Of a DNA stretch of 60,000 bases, positions 12,986-23,420 are shown piece by piece (position 1 is the first letter of the stretch; each line of letters begins with the position of its first letter). This DNA is from Camelus ferus (lineage: Eukaryota). The position numbers and the translations under genes are program-made. The stretch is taken from the NCBI RefSeq assembly GCF_009834535.1, contig NC_045696.1, positions 66,776,001 through 66,836,000 on the forward strand. Reading direction: 5' to 3'. Below the pieces are notes generated by a model. That model searched no databases and had not been told where the DNA came from. It worked only from the letters and a program-made list of their open reading frames with translations.

Positions 12986-15456
12986 TATCTATGGCAGGAA
13001 CCACAGCTGTTAAAAAGAGCTATGGGCAGAGAAAACAAAAGTTGCATGAGACTTTGGAAATGATCCCTTTCTGCCCCTCCAAAGGCTCCAGAGACGTGAC
13101 GGATGTTCTTGCAAAGCAAGCAGCCAATGTGCAATGCAGAGAAATGCATTTTTATACTCGTAGGCAGTCCTGAACAAAGGCAGTTACCTTCCCCAAGTGC
13201 ACCCTAGTACAGCTCCAACTATACCATTACTCCATTTGAAATTCTTCTGGGGTTTATCATTGCCACTACAGAGAACGTGTCATGGCACTCCGTGAGCCAC
13301 TCTACCTTACATTTCTGCCTTTACTTTCTATTTTCTAATTCTTTCATACTTCCAGTTCCATCAGAACTAGTTGGCATTTCTGAGTACACCAGTAGTCACC
13401 CCACCTCTGCTGATGCTTGCTGCTTCACCCGAGATCCTCCTTCTCGCTTCTGTTTCTAAAGCTTTAGAAAGTCCTACCTGTCCTTCTGAGAGTAGCTGCA
13501 TCACACAGATACAGGTGGACTTTCATGATCCTCCTGCTTCAAGGTTCTTTCTCTTTGATCCTTTATATTACCTTGCTCACACTTCTCATATGACACTAAA
13601 GATCTGTCCTCTATTATAACTGTCCTGTATCTATTCATTCCCCCAGGAACTGTAAACTGTACAACTGTGTCTTACTTGGTTGCATTTATTTAAAAAGAGT
13701 AAGTCAGTCCTTTTTCTAACCTAAGTTTCTCCTCCTCAATAATATTCTTCATGAATATTGATACATTTCGACTTACTTAAAAGGTATAAGTGCAAATTAT
13801 AAAATGTTTACAGAGTTAACCCACTAATAAGCTACACTTCCCTGTTACTTTGTGCCTCCAAATTGTGTTTTTAGGAGAAGATTTGGAATGAAATTTATCC
13901 CTTAACCCTTGGATCAACTGTTGTAACTTGACACTTCAATGCATTCTCTTTCAGAACCCAAATCAACTCTCCTATGGAATATCCTTCATAGGCAACTCAT
14001 TCCACTAAATTGGCACTGGACAATACTGCTGTATCAGTCATCTAGTCATCTGACTTTTTTCTCATAATGTATTCAAAAGAAAATTCTGAGTCCATTGGCC
14101 TTGGAGGAAGTTTCATCTTCAAGATAGTAAGACTTTAACGGAAATAACCAAGTTATTTTCCACTGAGGTGTCTTTTAGGTGTCTGCTCTTTCTTACTGAC
14201 TGACATAAAACAATTAGGCATTGAAAATGCAGTCAGTGGAGGAAAAAGTTTAATTTCATACTGTTACTAGGAAGAGGAGGATTTTCACCCATCCCCCCCA
14301 ACCCCACCAGCACAGATTCCCTCCCAAAGCAATTAAACGCACCTCAGTGAAAGCTTGGGTACATTTATGGTAACATATTTCTCAACTGTTTGACCCATAT
14401 CTTTCCTTGATAAACAGAAAATCTCATGACTTCAAATACATACTCTCGTACTAGGGAGAGTACAGACTCTTTAATTCCTTATATGCTATTGTCTAGGAAA
14501 GTTTTAGCAAACTTTGTATTCAGGAAATACTAAGTAGTTTGATGGAAGAGCAACCAATATATTTTTTTTAACCAGCCATTCATTCACCCTTCCTACTGCA
14601 CTCTCCACACCCCCATCGGGGATCACTGCTCTTCTAGAAAACAAAATAAACCAAACATGCTTTTTTCCTTATCTAGGTAAAGGAAAAGTGATTTATTATC
14701 ACCGCTCATTTTTCCAATAGTAGTGAAGGAAAGTATGATCTGTGATCTGTGATCTAAGATCTCTTTCTCCCAGTCCCCTCTGGGCTTGAGGGCAACCACT
14801 CTGTAAAACACGTAGTGCATCTGCACAGCCGCAGCTGACACCTCGGCTGCGTCTGCAGCTTCTGCTCCTGACCCACAGCGGATTTCACCTACCCTGCTAC
14901 ACATCTCAGACGCAGCACAGCACGGGAGAGCTAAACATGCTACGTCTATTCACTATAAAGAGAAAAACCACTCCCATGGGAGACACCTGTGATTCAGCCC
15001 TTGGAAACGGTATTGGGAGAGGAAAAGACTATTTCCCTTGCCAAGGAGGTCACTTAACTGGCAATGACCAGGACTCCGAGAGCTCGCACTGCTGCCTCAG
15101 CGCTTTTCTTCCCCCTCACATCTCGATTTGCACATCAGTTCCTTCTGTAAACGTTTTTGGAGCACTTACCATGAATCACAATAGCCCTTTTAAGAGTGTC
15201 TTATATCCCTTTTGGTACTGAAGAGAAAAAGGTTAAGTAAATGGGACTCATTTTTATAGCTTTAGCTCTCTCAGCTACAGAAAGAGGAATCCTTAACCTC
15301 GATGTGTAAAATGAGGCGTTCCAGCACATGAGCCTTGAAGCCCTAGAGCAGCGTATCCCATTCACCAAAGTACCTTTCATCTTCATACAGAAGCCCAGAT
15401 GGGGATTTTTAATAAAATGTCATCCTTTTAGGGAGGAGTCTGAGACTCTCTCTCTG

Positions 15457-15457
<1 letters not shown>

Positions 15458-15493
<36 letters not shown>
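15458..15493. repeat. (CA)18 microsatellite
   Basis: Direct reading. Confidence 0.95.
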
Positions 15494-15497
<4 letters not shown>

Positions 15498-18063
15498 ACC
15501 AAAATTTGATCTGTGAAGAATTTCCTTTCTTTGGCGCCTCACTCTCCTCTCCATGTCCGAGACCAGACCCAGAGGCTGTGTGTGCTTGCTTGAGGCCTCT
15601 TCATTGTGACCTAAGGGTGGAACCTTAAGTCGTGCCTGTTACATCCTGCTCGCTCCTTTCTCCTCCCTTCCGGACCCTTTCCTGTTCAGTTAACAGTTTC
15701 CCCAATTCCAGCTCTGCTTGGGGGAAAGCTCTGGAAAGTTGTGGAAAAGGAGAAAGAGGAGGAACAGTGTTCTTCTGTTGTTTTTCAGTTATCAGTCCAA
15801 GGAAGTTGCTAGCAAAATAAATTTTAAAATTATTTGAAATCAGAGAACAGGTTTTTGTTTCCTGACAGTTTTCACTCTCTCTAGGAGCAACATAACTTTT
15901 TATTCTTCATCTGCCCAATTTTTTTTTTAACAATTCTTGGATAATAATCATAAATGGCTGATTCTGCACTGACAGTTAGTTACCAATAAACGTTATCTGA
16001 AGGCGCATGCTAAAACATTGTAATTTTGGCAAGAAATTCCTGGATTCTTCAGGACCCTGTGGTCCCAGGCATTGCATATACCTAGACATAGACCTGCATT
16101 TCTACAAAGGACTAGATTTCAAAACACAACTCCCTGCACAAAAGAGAGCCAGTCTTGAGCAACTGAACGGAAATGAAGCCACGAAGATAACTCAGGAGAC
16201 ACACACTAGCAGAAGGGTATAAAAATCATGATGGAGAAAGACGCAGGAGGGTAGAGAAATTCCGCCATATTTTTTCATCGGCATCCTCTGTGTTCATGAG
16301 CAGCATTTTAAGAGAACACAGACAGCTGCTACCTCTCGAGCACTGACCACACGTTACCTGAAGTTCTGAAGAACACAGACTCATATAAAGCTATTTTCTT
16401 TAACCATGAGGAGGCCATACGTCCACGTACAGCATGACTCCTTTGCCTCTGTAAAAGCCACTCACTCCTACAAACACCTTCTAATCACTGTTTTCGTGCG
16501 TTGTTTTTTGTTTCATGAGAAATTGCCATTTCTTTCCACTTTGTATCAGCTTCATACTTTTCTTACAGATAGCGCTAACCCAACTGTGGCTTCTACCGTT
16601 TTATACTTAGACACACACAGATCCCAGCCTGCTTGTAAGTGACCGTGCGTGAAAGAGCTGCTGAACAAGCACAAAGTCACATACACTCTGAGCGGCAGAA
16701 CATTTTTTTAATGCTTAAAACTGGACGACATCGGATTCAAGTTGAAACAAGATAATCATAAAAGTTACCTCCATTTAAAAAAAAAAAAAAAAACAACACA
16801 ACTGCTTGGTAACATTTTAAGCTAACTCACAATATTAAAGCCAAACAAGAAACTCAAGTTTCTCCACTGAGGACAAGCCAGCCTGCTTGAATGTTTTAAA
16901 GGAAAATAGGCACTTCCTTTTCCTTCTGTAGATAACTCGATATTTCCCCTGCTATATTTACACAGTTCAGGTGTCTGGGCAATAGCATGGTCAATGGGAG
17001 AGCAGGCCCTGCTCTGCAGCCCGCTGGGGACGCCTCCTTGTGCCGTCCGCCTGGAGTCCTATGCACTTTGTTTTGATTTGTGAGGAGCTTGATTTCAGTG
17101 CTACAGTCTACTTTCCAAGCATTCACCTGCTAGCATTTTCAACAGAAACGCTGAACTGCCTCTCTCCACACTGCACACCCCCCCCACCCCTCCATCTGAT
17201 TAGTGTCAACACAGCTGCCCTATTCTGAGGAATGTAAACTAATATTGTTGTTAGACCTCCCTCAACCTTAGGAAACTTCCTCAAAGCATTACAGTCTCTT
17301 CAGGATGTTTTTTTCTTATCCCTCTGCTCAGAGATTTAAATCCCTGAGACAAGCTTGTTGAGGAGGAATCAGGGAGGCGAACACCAATTCCTTAAATAAA
17401 ATCCTATCTGCTAGGATCTACATTTACATGTATGCATGCATGAATATTTAATAATGCATCACCCCAGAATAACTCTGTCATTATAGAGGGAAAGTCGAAA
17501 TCAATCACCAGATAACAGACACCTTAGTGAAGTCCCCTCAGGATCTCCGTGGGTCTCTGGACTGACAGAATTCAAAATGAAGTCGGCTTAAAAATCTCAC
17601 CTGGTTATTTCGCAAAAAAAGCTTCATTTGCTTTTAGGATGAAGTCTGGAGAAAGAACTGAGAACTTAACTGAGACAAAATCAACTAATTTGTCTTACTG
17701 GTACAAGAATACCCAACAGAGGAGTCATTTCAGTGGATCTAACAATGTGATCTGTCTCTCACAGTCTGTTCTATACAAAGTGATTTTACAAACTCCTAAA
17801 TATCAGGCTTCTTCACATACATAACATCACCCAGAAATTTTTCTCCTCCCTTTTCTCCTACTGTTTCATCTTCTACTCATTAAAAAAAAAAAAAAATCTA
17901 ATAGTCACCGCAGAAAACATTAACCAAGAAAAAGAGATTCCTATACACATTTTGCCAAAACATTACATTGGTGACCGAGAACCACAAATATGTAAGCTTT
18001 TATGTCAAAAAATAGAAATGAAATAGCATCTCTAAATGGAGTGCCAAAATCTGAAAGCCTTAC

Positions 18064-18105
18064 CTCACTAAATTGAGTCTGGGCATTGTTTTCCAGGTAC
18101 AACAT
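18064..18105 (-). CDS. TP63: DeltaNp63-specific exon 3', coding part (MLYLENNAQTQFSE)
   Basis: ATGTTGTACCTGGAAAACAATGCCCAGACTCAATTTAGTGAG followed by donor GTAAGG; the 14-aa peptide is the known DeltaNp63 N-terminus. Confidence 0.98.
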
Positions 18106-18245
18106 GTTAGCTGTAAGATTGATCAATGCCGCTGTCCTCTCTTCTGGCTCCAGGATTTTGCCAACCCCCCCACCCCCTCTGAGACCCTTACAGTAGGAGT
18201 CTACTAGGAAGATAACAGAACTCAAGTCCCTCTCTCTTTCTGTCC
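18106..18245 (-). other. TP63: DeltaNp63 5'UTR (exon 3' non-coding part; TSS approximate)
   Basis: Lies between the TATA box (~25-30 nt upstream) and the ATG; purine-rich AGAAAGAGAGAGGGACTTGAG start and GGGGTGGGGGGG tract resemble the DeltaNp63 UTR as recalled. Confidence 0.85.
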
Positions 18246-18415
18246 CTGTACATAATTTTAGGTTCCCTGATATATACCCAACTATAGGCATGAGGGGCGG
18301 GACTCTTCTCTTTACCTGTCCAATCCATCAACTTCCACCTGGACTCCTCCACTCCAATGGAGTGAGGCCTCTCCCATCTCATTAAGTAGTTAGAATTCCT
18401 TATCACCAATCTTTA
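18246..18415 (-). promoter_or_regulatory. TP63: DeltaNp63 (P2) core promoter
   Basis: TATATAT at 18270-18276, GC box GGGGCGGG at 18294-18301, CCAAT at 18320-18324, 18354-18358 and 18406-18410. This matches the established TATA/Sp1/NF-Y architecture of the DeltaNp63 promoter. Confidence 0.9.
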
Positions 18416-19998
18416 AAAGAAAAAGAAAGAAAGAGAGGGGGAAAAAAAAAAGCAGGAGAGAGACAGACAGGTAAAACTTTCCCTTGTCTCTTTCATAAGA
18501 AAGTGCACTCTCTCCTGAAAACAAAATCTCCCCAAACAAACCACAAACCGTGCCACCACCAGGACTCACAGAAGGCGCTTCAGAAAGTTATTTTACACTC
18601 TGCAACTGAAAAGTAAAACTTTAGAGAAAGCTGTTGGAAACTGTTTTTTGTTGTCTTGTGTTTAACCTAGATGTGGAGTTGCCAGAAAGATTACACAAAG
18701 TCAGAAATTTGGGGAAGATACTCAAATCCATGCTTCTGTGTCCTGAACGTAAAAATTGAAATCCCCTGCCTGATAGGCGAAGCGTTTTCAGCTTATTCTC
18801 CCCAGAGAAATGCCAGTGGTTTCATACAAAGCTATGCCAACATAAACTGCTTGATTGTTTAGAGCCTGTTTCAATAACAATTTAAACCATTGGTCCCGCT
18901 AACTTGTAAAAACAAACAAACATCTATATTATGTACAGGAAACAGAAATCCTGGGAAAAGTGCCCATTTTTTTTTTTAAAGCCCTTGGAAAAACAACAAC
19001 AAAAAAAAACCTGCTTCTTTCTATCATAATTTCTTGAGACGTGGAATCAATACCATAGCTTATCTATTTGAATATTTATTTCCTCTACCGTATCTAGTAT
19101 CTAGTTTTTATTAATGTTCAAAGATAATATTTTTTATAAACAGGTAATAAATTACCAATGGAAAGAATAAATCTTAAAATGTGAGAAACCAAATAGCTTT
19201 TGCCTTAAACATATATTTACATAAATATATAGCAACATTCATATTGAATCTGGCCTTGCTTGCCATGATTTAGAGAAGATGAAGTGTACCCTGATGGTGA
19301 TTGTGCGATTCACTAAAATATGCTCATTACTCTTGAGTACTCTATGTAATTCAGTTAGATTTATATCTAAACACCACTCCTCGACCCACATTTGGGAAGC
19401 CAAATTCCCACTGTCCTGCCTGAAAGTTACAACTGGCCAAGATATCTCTAAGAGAATATTTAGATTTCTTCTAAAGCTTGGAAGATTAGAAGAAAATTAG
19501 AAACCAGGATAGAATATCAACTTTAAAAATAAAGTGTGCAAATACATTCGTGACTTGGGATGTGCCTCCTCTTTACTTCACTTTTTGCATCCATAAATAT
19601 GCATGCACATAAAGAATGATATGACTATGGTGTGATATTTATTTTAAAGACTCTAAGTTACTGGTAGGAATGTTTCTTTTTTTTTTGCAAAAAATAATTC
19701 AGTAATATCATTTGATCACAAGTGTCCAGGAATATGACAACACTGTAGTGCTACAAATTTATAGCAGACGTGATGTTCATTTCCTCACTGAATTATTGGG
19801 AAGATGGCCTCTTACTACCTGTAATTAACCAGATAAACACTGGCTACAAGGCCAAAAAAGAAAAAAAAGAAAAAAAAAAAGAAATAACTTGCAAAACGCA
19901 ATTTAATTACACTATGTGTTTAAATTCAACACCCACTGACAGCTTCCGAATCCATAGCAGAAAGCAGATAGCTGTTTCCCTAATGCTGTGCTCTATCC

Positions 19999-20345
19999 CA
20001 GTGGTTCAAAAACTTGGGTGACCCTGAGAATCATCCAAAGTGCCTGTTTTTTTTTGTTTGTTTTTTTGGGGGTTTTTTTGGTGGCTGAGTAAGCCTTGGT
20101 AATAGTTCATTTATTTTATTTTATCTTTTAATTTTTGTTATTGAAGTATAGTCAGTTTACAATGTTGTGTCAATTTCTGGTGTACAGCATAATGTTTCAG
20201 TCGTACATACACATACATATATTCCTTTTCATATTCTTTTAAAAACAGACTTCTATACCTGGCCTCAGATCTACTGAATAAGACTTTCCAGGGAAATGGG
20301 CCCCACCTCTGCATTTTCGAATGAGTCAGGTTTGGGAGTCTGTCT
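19999..20345. mobile_element. MER5-type hAT fossil interrupted by an L1 3' end (~20047-20237, minus)
   Basis: cagtggttcaaaaacttggg...agaatcatcc on the left, aaaaacagacttc...ctactgaataagac...tgcatttt on the right; insert ttattgaagtatagtcagtttacaatgttgtgtcaatttctggtgtacagc. Confidence 0.7.
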
Positions 20346-20717
20346 GGAGTAAATGCTATTAGCACAACTGCCCAGAATGTCACTACTGGATTCTTTGTCA
20401 CACTAATAAATTAGTGTCACCATTTGAACTAAATCTAGGACTCACAGTTTTAGACATTGATGATATTCTATCAAAATGTAAGCAAAAATCTTTCTCAAAG
20501 TCAGAAGATTCCCAGCAGGATTTGATGGATAAAAAAAAAAATCAAATTCTTTCTATCTACCTGTTTAGCTTTCAGCATGTGCAAGACTGACTGTGCTCTC
20601 TATGTAACATGTCTACCAAGATTCCAGACGCAATGGGAGATGTGTACATCTTACATACATATAAGATATGCTGTGTCTGCTAAGGCTCCTTGTGTGTTTT
20701 GGCAACTTGAGGGGAAG

Positions 20718-20870
20718 GAGCACTGGACTGGGGGTTACGGGAGTAACGATGAGATATAGCAACTGTTCCCAACTCTGGGCCCTCAGGGCAAGTTACTTAA
20801 CCACTCTGAATTCAAGTTCCTCATCTGTGAAAGGAGAGGCAGAACTAAATGATTTCTAAAGACCATTACA
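20718..20870 (+). mobile_element. MIR/MIR3
   Basis: gggcaagttacttaaccactctgaattcaagttcctcatctgtgaaa core. Confidence 0.75.
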
Positions 20871-21666
20871 AAGATAAGAGTCTCTGCCCAGAATTCATGA
20901 AAGTAATTTAGAGGATTATTCGCATTTCTCTTCTTTTACTTGGATATTTGTACCTCAATCTGCTCATCTCTGAACTGTACAATGAAGCAGTTGAGCTGCA
21001 CAGATAATAAGATGCTTAAATGACATAAAGAAAAAGGAACAATGCATTGGGAGTAGGGGGAAACCTGTGTTTTTTGCTTTGAGATATCCTCATAATAAAT
21101 TTACTAATAACTACTAATCCATTTACATTTGAATTCAGCACAAACATTTCCATAAAAGAACTAATTAAAACACATCTGATAATGTCTGATTCGAGAACAG
21201 GAGTAAATATCTGGTGTAAATATCATGTATTTATTTAAGCAGGAGGTGACAGAGAAGCAACCGTTCCCTGTACTTGCCACGCAACAATGCTTATCTTGGA
21301 TCTCAAAGGTTTACTAATGTGCATTAATTTTCCTAACAACCTAGTGATGTACTTAAGTATTATTATCCCCATTTTGCAGATAAAGAAACCAACTTGAAGA
21401 TCTTACGTGGGTTTCCCAAGTCCTCAGGAGTCAGAACAACTTTATTTAACTTTACTTACAGCTCCTAATGTTTCATTCTCAGCCATTTCCCTCAAATTCC
21501 TCAAACCTTCATGGGCTCAGAATCGGGAGTCAGCCCTGTCTCCTGGATGCAGATGCCACAGCTGCAACTCCAGTGCATTGGAAGCAGAAGTCATTCAGGA
21601 TGTAAGATTTAACACATATATTTTACTGGAATAATACTGTCAAAATTTTGTTGAATATTCTTCTTA

Positions 21667-21888
21667 ACTGAGATTTGCAGATACTAATATATATAAAACA
21701 GATAAACAACAAGTTCATACTGTATAGCACAGGGAACTATATTCAATATCTTGCAGTAACTTCTGGTGAAAAAGAATATGAAAACGAATATATGTATGTT
21801 CCTATATGACCGAAGCATTGTGCTATACACCAAAAATTGACACAACATTGTAAACTGACTATACTTCAATAAAAATATATAAAAAATA
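21667..21888 (+). mobile_element. Lineage-specific L1 3' end
   Basis: aacaagttcatactgtatagcacagggaactatattcaatatcttg...gacacaacattgtaaactgactatacttcaataaaaa. Confidence 0.9.
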
Positions 21889-21889
21889 G

Positions 21890-22390
21890 TTTCATAGAAG
21901 CTCTTTATAGATTAGAGATATTAATCCCATATCATAAGTGTTGAAAATATTTTTCTGCTGTGTGTTTGACTGTGTGTGTGTGTATGTGTATGAATATGTG
22001 TTTCTGGTGTTTCAAACTCATATATGGTTTTATGGTTTGCTTTTTGGTGTAGAAGAATTCTAATTTTTTCCATAGACAAATTTATCATTTTTCTCTTATG
22101 ATTTATTACTTTCCAGAGATAGTTTCAAAGGCCTTTGCCAGCCCAACGTTATAAAATCCTTCAGCCATATTATCACTTCATATTATTATGGGGTTTCGAA
22201 TTTTTTCACATGCAAATCTTTTAACTTTCTGGAATTTATATTACGGTGAGAATCAAATGAAGAGCCACTCCTACCCAAAATATATAATTCATCTTCATCA
22301 TTTTATTGAATAATTTTTTTACTCTCTAATTTGGCATGTAATTTATAATATACCAAGTATCAATGGCCTGATTTTAAATCTCTATGTGAG
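21890..22390 (-). mobile_element. Old L1 (L1M-type) fragment
   Basis: T-rich degenerate antisense L1 text (tagagatattaatccc...gttgaaaatattttt...tctggaatttat). Confidence 0.55.
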
Positions 22391-22859
22391 AAAGTCAAGC
22401 AACTATATATATCTTTGGCACACAGGAAGTATTTGAAGTTCTGAATCCACGCTATGTAAGGTTGGCTAGGGAATAACAGGGTACCTAGAAAAATCTTGAA
22501 AGTTAAAAATGGAAGCAATTTTATCTCCCAGATCCATGTCTGCCCCCTATGGCTGGGGTAAGTATAGAGAATAGGGAAATGGTTGTTTCAAGAAGCCATA
22601 AAATGGAGTTAAGTGTTTTCGTGGGTTCCCTCATGAAGATCCTAGTTCTACTGAGTTGAGAGAATAGTGAAGTCAGAAGAGGCTTGGCTAAATTTGGTAG
22701 GATTAGGTAATCATTTATTAAGGTAAACAAAGACTGGTGGCTTGTTTTTATAATGGCAGTTGAGATTCCAAGAGAGAGTATATACCTTGTTCTAAACGTC
22801 TCAACCCTCTATGCTTTAACCAAAAATTTACCTGAATGAGGTAGAAAAATGAGTATCTA

Positions 22860-23420
22860 GCAATATCTTCACATTATCCACTCCCTCTGCAGACCCTCGC
22901 CATCAGTTTATCTTTTCTAAAGGACAGCTATGATCATGTCACTCCTCAGAATGCATCAGTGCCAACGGGACAGAACCAACTATTTCTATAGGCACTCAAG
23001 ACCCTTCTACACCTCAACACAGGCCGGTCGCAGGCTGCCCTCTCAGCCTTATCACCCCTGTAGTCCATGCTGCTCGCTACCTGCTGGCCCCAGCGGATAT
23101 TTCTGCTCCTCTGCTCAGTCTGGTCCTTCAGGTTGGAAGGTCTTCATTCTCTTTACTTGAAAAATTGAAGCATTTTCAGATTCTTTAAATGCCTCCTTCA
23201 TGAAGAGTTCTCCAATTCCCTACATGTTCAATCTTATCCTATTTTACATGAATGTATATAAAAACAATAATAAAACACTACCTCACAGTGCAAAAATTTG
23301 TATATTTGTCTGTCTCTGCCACTGGGCTATGAACTTTGGAGGTCAGAATACATTTTTGTTCATCATATCACATTTTATGTCAAAAAGCTTGATGAATGTA
23401 AGTTCAATTAAACAATTTAA
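22860..23420 (+). mobile_element. L2 fragment
   Basis: tcttttctaaa...tgatcatgtcactcctc...tcaagacccttc, and 3' ctgggctatgaactttggaggtcagaa. Confidence 0.6.

Noticed and set aside
17941..18291. 116-aa ORF spanning exon 3'
   Set aside because: Its ATG is upstream of the TATA box and it reads through the splice donor; only the 14 DeltaN codons are established coding sequence.
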